Positions 49,737 to 62,232 of a DNA stretch of 64,000 bases are shown one piece after another. A program made the position numbers and the translations under genes. The notes beneath the pieces were generated by a model, which worked only from the letters and a program-made list of their open reading frames with translations, was not told the origin of the DNA and made no database searches. Source of the stretch: Lingula anatina (taxonomy: Eukaryota; Animalia; Brachiopoda). The DNA is taken from positions 44,150,401 through 44,214,400 of the forward strand of contig CM120641.1 of assembly GCA_051362555.1 (NCBI GenBank), given 5' to 3'. How positions within the stretch are numbered: position 1 is the first letter of the stretch; each line of letters opens with the position of its first letter.

Positions 49737-50601
49737 TTAGTCTCCTGACCATCTGTGTAAAGACTGGATGCATGCAATTCAACAAATCAATATATAATGT
49801 TTTTTTTTTTTTTTTTGGCGGCTATATTAGTTGAATTACGTATATAGTAAATGTGATACTGTCATATTGTAATTAACAAAACATTGATTATATTGTGATC
49901 ATGTCTTGCATCTGAAACTATGGAATGGTACGTTATGTTACGACAGTTGAGTCAAATTTCAATAACATTACATGAGCACCTGTTATCTGTAATAATGCAG
50001 CCGTTTATACATAAACGGATAGGTATACCTCTATCTCTAATATCATTCATGATATCTAACTATTCAACTTTGCCAAGCTTGGGTCTTTTACGTTGATACT
50101 GAACTAAAATAAGGCCAATTTAACGAGCACATGTCGTTGTTTTTACTTTGTGGACTTAGCTGTTTTTGAGTGCTGGTTAGGGCGCCGCTAGACGCGCAGT
50201 TTTGACCTCCTAAGAACCCCTCCCAATCACTTTTTTCTAAGCCCCTCCTTCCTTCAACGGAAAATCATTACTTACCTGGCTGGTGCTTTGAAATCAGAAA
50301 TTCCCATAAATTTGGGTGTCGAATTCTATAATACATACATAATATTGACATTTAAACTTTGGAAAAAAACTGGTTATACCCACCAAGTCCCCCCCCCACC
50401 CCTCACTCCCCCCCCCCCCCCCCCCCCAGTACTCGTGCAAAGCTATTCAAAAAGTAGGTTTGTTGTACAACACGTAATTAAGGCAAGAATCCCGATGTTT
50501 CAAACGCCGATTTCTGCTTCTGTTGATGTTAGCTAAGACCAAAAGTGCACCAGAACATATGATGTGGCAGCTATTTTCGTGCACGCAAACCTCAGACAGA
50601 A

Positions 50602-50663
50602 TATAAATACAACGACAGCGTCTCCTTCCCTTTCAATTTGCTGTACTAAGTTCTAAACCACAG
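50602..50663 (+). promoter_or_regulatory. Candidate distal TATA promoter and short non-coding first exon of the secreted-peptide gene
   Basis: TATAAATA at 50602-50609, a pyrimidine-rich initiator-like site ~30 bp downstream, and the consensus donor CAG|gtaaga at 50663/50664. Confidence 0.55.
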
Positions 50664-51655
50664 GTAAGAAACCGATGCGATTCGTTATTTCTTTATTTTT
50701 TATTATTATTTTTTTTTTCTCAATTCATTTTCCCTGATTGGTGTTGCTTTAAATATTACGTATGAGTGATAATTTCTTTATACGTTTGTTTTTTTACTGG
50801 TTTTATTGTATTTTTACTGACTTGTTTATTTTGCTAAAGATCAGAGTTCTAAGACAAGAGATGAGAAACCTTCAGGGCTGCACCCATTGTGTATCCCTCT
50901 TGTATTTATCGGGGTCGCTTCCCATTTGAAGAATTTCGGGAGCGCTTGCTTACATTTCATCTGATATCTGCATGACTGTTTTCGCTGCCGTCAAAGGCCC
51001 TGTAGTGCCCACCCATAGGGCAGGCACACTGATCAGATTTTTTTCTTCAGACGAAACAATTCGCTTAAGTTCGTCAGCTTTCTCACGCTTTGTGTGCGAT
51101 CATAGCGCGTGTTACGTCGATACTCCTAAACACAGGAAGCAGTGCATTCTTCGCCGCTGATCCGGAAAAAAATTTGCACTCCCTCTGCGCTCAGTACCCT
51201 GTGTTTCAGAGGCCACTATTAATGGCAGATGCATGCCGATAATAGAGAAGTGAGTTTCCAGTGAGCTCTGAAATTCAGGTTGCCGAAAGGATGGCCAGCG
51301 CTAGTGACATCCATGGGTTGATATTCAATGAGGAAATCACTCTGTTGATGCACAGAGCACCCTTCGTAAGCCGTATAGATAAATCGTGTTTTTCCGAACT
51401 TGATAGTTACTGCAAATTTAGAATATTTTCTATTGAAGATAAAGTAAGATCGATAAAGTAAGCAAAATAAATCTTTTTACGTTTTTTTTAAGCAGGATGA
51501 ATGAGGACATATTACTGTAAGAAGGGATAATATATTAGGGTCGAGTAATGCAAGGGGAAAATGTTTCTGACCGTAAATTCCTTACAATTTTGTCGTCAAA
51601 TTTGACTAATGGAAAACCGGGTAAACGAATCGGGCTAGCTGTCCTAAAGTATCAG

Positions 51656-51894
51656 CCAATCAAAATTGACGCTTATCACTGACAGATATAAAACAATATC
51701 TCAGCGCGTTCAAATAAATACTTCCAAATCTTACTGGACCTCGGCCAAAGAAAACAAAACTCTTAATTGCCTTAGCGGCTACTGATTCGTTTCTGGATAA
51801 AGTAGGAGGCCTTCGAGAAATATAAGCAGAACTGTACGGGCGGACAGAGACAGACCTTCAGTACAGCTAAGAACGAGTCAGATCGATTTTTACG
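51656..51894 (+). promoter_or_regulatory. Candidate proximal CCAAT+TATA promoter and alternative non-coding first exon
   Basis: agCCAATca at 51656, TATAAAA at 51687 and the donor acg|gtaagc at 51894/51895. Confidence 0.5.
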
Positions 51895-52505
51895 GTAAGC
51901 TGAATTGATGTTCTCGCGGTATGTGTGAGGTTATGGAGTACGCAGAAGAGAAAAAGGAAATCGTGCCTTAAATTTCTTTTTTTTCCTCCTCAGTGCTTAA
52001 ATCACTAATTCTTTCTAAACACCAGGTGCGTTTGGGGATAATATGTAACATTTCCCTTTCGAGATTTGTTCGGTTACGAAATGCAAGTTCGGTTTCTTCA
52101 CGTTTTGACCAAACGATTTTGAATATCACATTCAACCTGATCTATGCGTTTATCCATCTCTAAGAAAACTTTTCCCTTGGGAGATCGACAAAATAGAGTT
52201 TGTGGGCGCTAAAGTTATCGATTTTTTCGGGTACATACCAAAAACAATCAAATCTGAATTAAACGTTGGCAAGGCTTTATAAAGAAATTTTACCGCGATC
52301 ATGTGTCATTGGATTCGATCATCTTTAGCGCGGATAGGAGAAGGTGCTTGTTAACTTGGGCATCTGTACTAAGGCGGTACCGGGAAACTTTGAGGTCAGT
52401 TGTTTGCGTCCTTTTTAGACCACGCGCGCGCGTGCACACACACACTCACAGACACCTGTCATCGGTGTAAAAATAACACTGTTCCTATCTATTTTCAGGG
52501 TAACA

Positions 52506-53134
52506 ATGAGGCAGCAGGCTTTTTTGATCGGGGTTGCGTTCATGAGCCTCGTTATTCTTTTCCTGGGAGTTGACGGTGCGGAAATACTTCACCAGGAAAA
52601 GTTGAACGAGGAAGACCATAGTGCAGGACTGAAATCTCGATCCAAACGCAGTGTAAGTCTCCTTTATAGTTTATCACTGATTTTTGTTACCGATGAATAA
52701 CTAATTTGTTGCACTTTCTTAAAGAATCGAAGTGGCTTTTTATACTTCATCGGAAACAAACCAGTTATGAAATTTGTGTATAAAGTAAAATGAATCAATA
52801 GAAATTTGGGAAAATCAGGCTTGCGAAAAATGGCGTGTAAATGTAGATCTTTCAAGATTGCTAATTTCAAAAGCAGGAGTGACGTCAAGATAGCTGGGTG
52901 TGATCTGTTGACTAATTATATCACTGCTGGTTTCTCAAAAAAGTCTTTGGGCTTAGTTTAGACAGTTCAACTTCAGTAGCAAATTACCTGGTAATGGCGT
53001 TTATTAAAACCTTTTTTCAGATATATAAAGGGATCTGCAAAATTCTAAGGCAAAACGTGTTTTTGTATCAAAATTGAAAGTTTTCTGATAGATGGATTGG
53101 TATTGGTAAAATATGCCTTAAGTCCTTGTATTTA

Positions 53135-53169
<35 letters not shown>

Positions 53170-54792
53170 AAGAAAGAAAAAACACTGAAATTAGAGATGA
53201 CGCACGGTGTGTGATAATCGTGAGGATGGCAAAAGTATGGCGATGGCAATCTTTTGTGATGTTCACCCAGTGTTTTCATTTGTATCATGAAAGATTGTTG
53301 CAATAGATGTCAAAAATGATCTAAATGTTAAAATTCTTCTCGTGCAGTGTTTTTGTGCTGTGCCTTGAAAAGTGAAAATGCCATTGATTAGATTTTAGTG
53401 TATGCTTCGTAATGCCGTGATCTTTAAAGTACTAATGATTAATTACGCAAAAAGATCTCTACATCTATAAAAATTAAATTATTAACTTCAAAAACTATTA
53501 GGGATTATTCTCAATATCCTGAGTGCTTTTCGTAGCGAGTCCACTTTAGTTCAAATTCAGTATATCACTAAAGGATGGAAACATGATTATGCTTTAACAC
53601 GCCCATTTCATACTTCATATTTTTACTTTCACAGGGCCTTTCCCACAGTGACGATATGTCAAGCTTTTTTGCCACTGCCGGGGAGCGCGATCTTCGCCGG
53701 TTCACGTCCCCTCCACGCAGCGGCAAAGTGGACTGCACTGTGGAAGTCCAACAGGTGAGTTCTCAGGCGCAAACGGGTCTGCTTCGGCATTTTCCGTGCA
53801 GTTAGTCGCAACTAAACTCCCGTTTTTAGGATACTAAGTTTTAGCAAGCCGATCAAAGTGCAATACGTCTTTAAATTGGGTGAGTATTCCAAGTAAATCT
53901 AATCCGAAAGGATCAAATATGTCGTTATTTGGCAGGACGACTGTAAAATTAATCTGGATTCAAGGAACTTAATCTAGAATTGTTCCGCTTAACTTCGTAG
54001 AACATGGTGAAACTGTCACGAACGATGTATAATCTGTCTCATTCCAAGTCTGGGTTTCTTCCTCTTGTGAACTTTTAGCTCCGAGAATGTCGAGCAAATG
54101 TCTAGGATGCTTATATAAAAATTGATTAACGTCTGATTTGAATAAAAAAGAGTCAACCCTGTTTTTTTTTTCAACCTCGCTCTTATTGACGTATTTGCAA
54201 ATTCATACTGGGGGATCTATAACGGTGTACTAGCGGCCGTCAGTCCTTTGTTGTTTTTGAAGATTTTTAAAAGTTTTTGTTCAGCTGTGTGGCAAACCTT
54301 TGAACTAAACCTTACGATATATGTTGACAATGATTTAAAAGCAAAGATTTAACTTATTATCATGTTTTTTGTTAGTTTTGTCGTAAGCTGCATTCCAGAC
54401 TTTAAAAATGGCCAAAGTCATTTAGCGTGGCTACAAAGAGGTTATTTTCTCCTATTCTTGTACCAAATTGCAATTTAATTTGTCGGGAATTTTAATTTTT
54501 ATTAAGAGAGTATTTAGCTCTGTATTTCACACATAATGCTAGAAGTAGATTAGTAAGATAAACGTAAATAATGTAAATAAAAAAAAATACATGGATGTGT
54601 AAATAACATTTAATCTTATTAAGAAGGAGTAAATAAATGGTAAATCCTATAAGATCTTAACCTAAACTTTTTTCCTTTCAGACCCGTCAGATTGGCGGCC
54701 ACTGTATTCGGGTGGGAAGGTTAAGACAGACTGTTTGCGTTGCTGAGGGGAAATTGTTTGTAAACAACCCCGACTGCCTTGCCCTCCACTGA
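52506..54792 (+). CDS. Small secreted prepropeptide, 125 aa, with four cysteines; exons 52506-52652, 53635-53754, 54682-54792
   Basis: MRQQAFLIGVAFMSLVILFLGVDG-AEILHQEKLNEEDHSAGLKSRSKR-S|GLSHSDDMSSFFATAGERDLRRFTSPPRSGKVDCTVEVQQ|TRQIGGHCIRVGRLRQTVCVAEGKLFVNNPDCLALH*. It has a signal peptide, an RxKR furin site and two phase-0 introns with strong GT-AG sites. The acceptor at 52498 lies just before the ATG. Confidence 0.85.
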
Positions 54793-55553
54793 GGTCAACG
54801 CGAATTCTTCGGTTTTTCTTCACTACTGTTTAGTTAACTATTTTGTTGGCAGCGATACTGAGATAATACTCAGTGAACATTGGCAGTATTGCTAATTCAT
54901 TTTAGACAGACAGAATGCCGTATTAGTGACAGAGCCCGGCTGTAGAAGATTTAGGACGGATGAACTATGTGGCAGTATGTTTGACTTTCGTGATACCACC
55001 CACCTTGTCAACTGATTCATTCCCTGTAAAGAGACTAATGCATTTAGATATTGTTTCATTGTAGTATGGATACAACGACATACAATACAAAAATTTAATA
55101 TTTATCAGCCGACTGCACTTTACCTCATTTTTGAAGATAATTATAATAATATACAATACTATTTACATCCGTTGAATTGAGTCAAACTAGGAGTCCAACT
55201 TTGGTAGAATGGCTTGCTCTTTATAATAATTAATGCCCGATAATTATTTCTTTGAATCAGATTGAGCTTTTTGTTGCTTTTAAATTATTTCTCTATTTAT
55301 TCTCGGCGCAGCGTTTTAATCAGTAGGTTGCTTGTTGTGAATTGTAGCATGCCAAGAGAGGGATAAATGTTCTATTTGCCCTTCTCTGTACATAACTATA
55401 TCTACGTATGCTTTATCGAATCACAAATATTTGCGTGTTATACCACTTTGTGAATGAAAACTTAGTACTTTGGACGGTAGCTTTTGGTGGATTTTACATG
55501 TCCAGCGCACTTAAACCTATATTTCAGCTCTTATTTATTTAGAATTTTGAGTA

Positions 55554-55639
55554 GAAGCCATCCAGTGGCGCCACTGGTCAAGAGTGTGTATTTATTTTTG
55601 TGGTAGAAAACATCTAGTGACGCCACTGGAGGCGGCTTC
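55554..55639. repeat. GC-rich inverted repeat containing a perfect 16-bp palindrome, in the probable 3' UTR
   Basis: gaagccatccagtggcgccactgg ... ctagtgacgccactggaggcggcttc. ccagtggcgccactgg at 55562-55577 is self-complementary. Confidence 0.75.
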
Positions 55640-57352
55640 ATTCATCTTATTTGCAGTGTGTTTCTCAAGATATTGTGTATTTTGCTGACCTCTGCTTTAA
55701 TGCTCTTGTGTTTCTGTGTAAATTTAGAAATTTAGCAAAAGAAAAAATGAAGGACTTATGTGTGAATAAAATGTTTTTGTCCTCAAATTGTGCTTTTTTT
55801 ATTCAGTCGCGTCTCAAAGTATTTTCTGGGGTCGTTGTCTGTCTATGAAATATCAGATGATCAAACGCGTTGAATGTTAAATTCTTGACCTCGTGCAATG
55901 ACGCGGTAGGGAATTGTAAAGCTCATTAAGGCTGAGGTTTCAAAACAATATTTGCAGTTAGTAAACAGAACGCGTTAAACCCGCCCGTCAACTTCCACTA
56001 TACCACGTTCACGTGTTCAATAATGTTTTTCTCCGTAACAGGCATTGTTTTCGTTGCATCAGATGCCTACTCTTTGCCTCTACTATAAGGTGAGTCTCTC
56101 CCAAGAACCAGCTCGGCCTAAACAAGCCTTAAATAAACGTCCTGACGCACTTTGGTGAGGAAATTGCGTGCAGAAATATCACAAGTGACTGAGGTATCTA
56201 TTTCTCTTAGAACAGAAAGTAAGTGGCGAACCCTTTGATCTTCTGCGACCCGAGCGTCTCAAATGATACGAAATGCGTTTGTTGTGCAAGAAGAAACTTT
56301 GTGGCACTTAAAATTGAGGTAGCATTTTCATGGTGTAGTCATAACAATTAAAAGTGAAGATCGGCTCGTATGTCTCGGAAGGCCGTATTAAGTGCATCGA
56401 AAGCGAGTGTAAGAGCAAAGTGAGGTCAAGCTGAGGGTTCTCTTTTATTCTGGTTTCCCTGAGGTTCACCAAGTGCCGCGCTGCAATTCGACCGCCAGAA
56501 GTAGTGGACTCCAGCATACTTACGCCTCAGGCTGTTACACAATTGTTACTCGTTTCGAAATTCATAAAAATGATTACAAAAACCACAGTGCCCTGTAACT
56601 CAATTCTGTTAATTTTTTAAATGGGCCTATGTCACATATCTTAGTTAACGGTAAGTGAAGTTTTATCAAATTAAAACAGTGACGTACAACTACGCAGGAA
56701 CAATAGCGACAAAAAGTATCTACTAAGTAGCTTTTGGTTAAGCTGACTGGTCTTGAAGTAGTCTTAGTCTTTTCCCTGATAACTTAATTAATAGCCCTGA
56801 AAGAAAGAGCTTGGCTTTACGTCGAACGTGTGCAAGAGGCCGTTTGCAAGTCGTAGTCTACGTAGGCAAAGGGGTAAAGGCAAAGGGGTTGAACTCCCAA
56901 GCCGGAAGTACGCTGAATATATTGATAATTCTTTCATTTAGTCTCTTTTACATACAGCATACTTATAATAATAGGAGCATAATAGAAACTATATCTTGTC
57001 TTTTTTCGTCCAAAATTTGCCCATAAAATATAGCACAAGTGCTAACATGGAAAGCCCTCCGATGCACAGTAGAGAATCATGTCATGAATAAGACAGCCAC
57101 ATACATGTGAAAACCTAGTTTAATAAAAACAATCTGTGGTCCTGGTAGAGGGTAGGATTTTTGGGCCTTTGCTCCAAACCGAATGTGTCAGTAAAGCTAC
57201 TGCAATTGTGAAGCGCAACCTTTCATCTCACCTAACACATTAGCAAAAGGCATATGTCAATGCATTCTTCCAACAACAATTTGCACAATATGTTTCAGAA
57301 ACCCTTTGTGCATTATTCTTATTGGGAGCACATAACATTTAAACAATACGAG

Positions 57353-57355
<3 letters not shown>

Positions 57356-57392
<37 letters not shown>

Positions 57393-57425
57393 CGTGTGTG
57401 TTATAGCGAGAGAGAGAGAGAGAGA
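57356..57425. repeat. (TG)n and (GA)n microsatellites
   Basis: Read directly from the sequence. Confidence 0.9.
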
Positions 57426-59316
57426 TACGTAAACTAAGAACACTGATCTTTTTTGTCTGCAAGTTTTGTAACATGCCATCGGCAAAGGCACTTGTAGAGG
57501 TTTAACTTTTTTCGCTAAAATTAGCTGCGCTAGAGAAGATGTTATTGTGACTTCTGTATCATTGCAAAAAAGTCCGAGATTATAATTAGTTCATTATAAA
57601 CAGAAATTATTGGGCAATACTGTAAAAGTACGACACAAAAGGAAAGGCCATACACAATTCCTGGTGTAATTTTAAGATAAAAAATTACCCTCTGGCATAT
57701 AAATGATGGAACATCCTAATATGGTATCAATTCTGTGATTCAGTAAGAAAAAAAAAAAAAAAAACAATCAATCAGCTTCTCCTTTGGATATACGAGGAGA
57801 CATTGTCATCCTTAAATTTCGCCATACAAACTTTTGACTGCAGCAGCACACGTAGACGTTGTGGTAAAATGGACTCGTAAACTTTCAATCTGCTCTGCAG
57901 CTTTGTCACACAGGGTGTACAGCTCAAATCACATTATTTTAGGATTATCTTAGAGACTTGTTCCACATCTCTAACTTGGAAATTGTTACACAGTCATTGC
58001 TACTGCCCGGCACACCAACAGTTTTGTGAAAAACAACAGTGGCATTGAAGGGAAATAAATATTTCTCTAGTTGTAGAAATGTACTATATAATTATTTTTA
58101 TCAAAGTGAGTTGCCATGGCCTGTGATGAAAAAAAATTCAACAAAAAGTTACCTGGTTTGTTATAGGAACATCAACTGGAGGGACAGTCATTTTAAATTT
58201 GGCAAGGCGAAGCAGCCGATTTTCGTTTAATGGCGATTTAGCTTGTATCCGCTTGTTGAATAACGTTAAAAAGGTAAAAAGTAGAATACATTTGAGCGTG
58301 AATGAGATAAGAAGCAATAGAAGAGGTATGAAAACAGATGTGGGTTACATAAAATAAGGTAAGACTAACAGACATTGAACGGACCGTTAGACCTACAGAA
58401 AGTCTGACAACAGATCTGACAGACAGATGTGATTTTAAACTTGATTAAACTTCCCACAAGGGATCTTTTAACACTAATGTGCACAAACAAAATGGAATGT
58501 GATGAAATATCAACTAATTATATAAAGATTTTAATGTAACTACATTATTACATCACTAGTAAAATCAGTCAGCCATTCTACATGGGAAATGGTACTGCAC
58601 GCGGGAAGACACCGCTCCCGTGGAAAACCGTTCTGGAGCGCACACGAATGAAAGTGACATGAGTATACTTTTGTCAGTAGGCCCACAAAACACACGAACC
58701 GAAAATAATGGTCAAGTGACGGTCAGTTGACCTAGACACCTTTTTCTGACCGCCTGGTTGATCAAAAGTTAATCTCCACACAGACTGCGTTTGGGTCCGA
58801 TTTCTCCATCTTTAGTCGGACTTATGAAGAAATGTATATGAAAGTTTTAAAGTCCCCGCATTGTTGAAAACTTCATATGGGATCCAGCCATTGTTTTGTC
58901 AGTTGCAAATCTTCTATTTTAAGCCAGTGGCAAATGTTTAATCTTGGAAGGGTCCTTGGTGGAAGGGGGGGGGGTGAAAAAAATTGACACCAACGTAATG
59001 TATTTGTTTAATATAGAGAGACTTATCGTTTGCTGATAATCAAGAACAAGTGTGGTTTCTTTCGGATCACTCTAGCAGAATGCTTTTGAGGCATGCTATT
59101 GTTGACTATTCATTCCCACGCAAATGATGTGGGTAGACCACTTCTCTTTTATGTCCGCTTTGGGTACAAACAGTGCTAGGTGGATTTCCTCTCTCCTTTG
59201 TCGACTGTGGCAGTCTTAAATCTACAAAGATTATGAATTTATTACACATATTATATGCTAAGGAATCTCGATTTTAGAATTAATCACAGAAAACTGCGAA
59301 CAGAGATGATTTAACT

Positions 59317-59319
<3 letters not shown>

Positions 59320-59360
<41 letters not shown>
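59320..59360. repeat. Poly(T) run of about 41 nt
   Basis: Read directly from the sequence. Confidence 0.9.
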
Positions 59361-59364
<4 letters not shown>

Positions 59365-61226
59365 AAGTTCAGTGACGCTGCACTGGGTTACCTTTTTTGA
59401 TAGAAGAGCTGAAAGACAAGCGATTTCCGTCTGGAATTGCGTGTAAGAAGGCCTATGGTCCTGTGAAGGGGTCATTTGGAATTGCACCTGGTCAACCTGA
59501 ACCCAGTGGTAGTATTACTCTATAATAAAGAAATGTCAGATCAAAAGAATTTAAAAACTTAAACGTTTATGATGAATACTATATTAAATTACTTTAAGGT
59601 TTGAAGATAAAGTTTTGTTTTTTTTAAACAAACATATAAAGAATGGAATGGAGCTAAGAGGAAGTTACCTGAATATGACTCTACGTCAATGGGAGGAATA
59701 CGAGATACCGCAGTTAATTAGTTATAATATACAGCACAAACATATCATGCTGAAAACATTTAAACTGCATTAGATGCGAAGGAAAGAAAGAAAAAAGAAA
59801 TCGAAATTTGAGATCGAGCGTGAACGTTTTATAATGGCGAGAGATGGTATTTGTTTCGTTCGCAACGAGTGAAATAAGAAAAACTCTCAAAATGAAGTTG
59901 GATGTATAGTGTTTGTCGGAATAAGGAAATGGAATAAAACCCCGCTTTGGTTGAGTGTTTATTTGGAAAAGGCGTTATCACTCACCATTTCGTAGTATTC
60001 CTTTATTTTTGGCAGGTGTTGCGGCACATCACCTCTGGAGATAAGCTCCTTGATTGGATTGTCATGATAAGCATAAAACACCATAAGGATGTACGATGCG
60101 TATCTGTCTTATCCAAATTCGTCCATAGCTTCTTAAACAATTATTTTTCCAAAAATAATCTATGATTGCTGACGGTCAACGACGTAAGTTCGCCAGTGTA
60201 TTTCACTGAGGCATAGGGTAATTGTGGGAAACATTTACGATTTCAACCGAAAGGCGACGATAGGTTTTCTGTTTGCATTCAGTACAAAGTTTATATACGG
60301 TGGCTTTTAGTCAGCCACCCTTGAAAACGGATTACACTGGTTTTCGTCAACGAGAGGACGGTTTCATTCATGTTACATGTACTGGTACAAGAACAGCATT
60401 TTAGAGCTGTCGTCAGGGTAAAATGTCAATGCAGCTATAGGACTGAAGGACAAGCCAAAAGATGGTGTGCTGGTACAAGAAGAACTTTAAAACTGTTGTA
60501 AGGACAGAATGTCGCCTTCGTACACTGTATGACGAACACTGATTTAAGAACGACAAATATTTTGTGTTTCTTTGAAGTATCGACTCAAAACCTTTAACTT
60601 ACTGTAACCTCTCCAGTTTTGACTTGTCGCAATTATCTGATTCAAAATAAATAAAATTGGGAAATGTAGACGTCAGATGACATTAAACAAGAAGTATTTA
60701 AAAGAATTAAAATAGTGAACTCAGTAAGCATCCTTTTAACCCAAATAATAAGCTCAAGGCCCGCTGAGAAATGTCGTTGGTCTCATAAATTTTCTAGCGG
60801 CTCCCAGCAGTTGAGTGTTAAGGTGACGCAAGGATGGAACGAACCTGGGTATATTTGTCAATGCGCTTGGGAACGTGCCCATTGAAAATTGCCCTTTTTT
60901 ACTCTCCAAACAAACCTTATTTCAATGACTGCGGCACGTGGAGCATAAAACCAAATGGGTCTTTTTTCTCCACCCCCGGTTTTTATTTTCGTCCCGGCAA
61001 TTCCCATTCGTCAACCGCCGTTGCAATATAGGGAGTAATCAAATTAGTGCATTATGTTGTGGTTTGGACCGGAGACGCTTTCCTGCCACAGAGTTTTAAC
61101 CTCTGAGGGTCAGAGGTCACAAAGTTGGGCCGTCTGGGTTTCAGACTGTTCTGTGGCAGCCTGCCTTATGAACGTGAGCCGAGACGGTCGACACTCACTC
61201 CCGATATAGGCCCTCGTGCGTCAAGT

Positions 61227-62232
61227 ATGCATGGGACAAGACAAGAGATTGGCTATCTGGCCCTTGGTTGGTGTCTGCTGAGTGTGGCGGGTAAGAAATT
61301 GTCTGTAATTTCCAGTCATGTATTTTCGTACCTGGTTTTACTCAGTCATCCTCTGCGAAGTTTTGTGTTTCTTATTTACGAACTTTTTGCTATGATGCAC
61401 GCGTTTTTGTGGCATCTGTGTTCAATTTATGTGGGCACACATTTTATTAGCCTTCAAATGAAAAAGCAATGCCATATGTTGTTTTCCTTTTTCTTGTATA
61501 TATAAGATATTCAGAGTTACTACTACCAGGTTCGACCATTTAAGTTGTATTTTTATGGACTTTTTTTAAAGAAGAAAAAAGTTTGGAATTGTTTTTATTT
61601 TGTTTTATACTCACTTGGTCTAACGAGTTTGTCATATTTCACGTCTGTCAGCGCCCCAAGCAATCTCGAAACTTTGTTGTTATTAAAGGGAGATGACCAA
61701 TCAAGATAAAGATCGCGAACCGGAGATTCCTTCCCATCCACTTCAAAGAAACACTAGTTACTTTATGTTTCGTTAAGAAGCATATTCTAACGCGTTTTTT
61801 TCCTGACTGTATACAAACTGCACACCCAGATATAACAGGCCTTCTTTAATTATAGAAGAAAAGTAAACGAAGTTGTGTTTATTATTCTTTTGCATTCAAT
61901 GGCGTCTTGTACTAGATTAAGAAGTCACACCGAGAAGCGTGGGTACCGAATTAAGCCGTCAATTGGAATCGTTACTCCTACTTAATTGGAATCGCTACTC
62001 CTACAACTCTCGCTCACGTTTGACCGACCCCTTCGCCTTGATCTGAATGTCCACCATGTTGTGTTTCAATTAATACATCATTAACACATATGTACTCTTA
62101 TTTCCCACGCATGTAGCCGCCGCAAGATTCCCCAACGACACCGACGCCGCAGTAAACCCGGTGCAGCACGAAGATAACGGTCTGGGAAGAGAGTCTGGAA
62201 GTATTGATATTGGCTTCCCACCTATTCCCCAG
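61227..62232 (+). CDS. 5' end of a probable secreted or membrane protein gene; exons 61227-61290 and 62117-62232, continuing downstream (probably beyond the window)
   Basis: MHGTRQEIGYLALGWCLLSVA|AAARFPNDTDAAVNPVQHEDNGLGRESGSIDIGFPPIPQ|. The signal-peptide exon ends in phase 1 (G|gtaaga). The next exon (tgtag|CC...CAG|gtaaga) is open only in the frame this requires. Confidence 0.6.

Noticed and set aside
61960-62003. 23-bp tandem duplication aattggaatcg(t/c)tactcctac
   Set aside because: It is real but looks like an ordinary intronic slippage duplication with no further structure.
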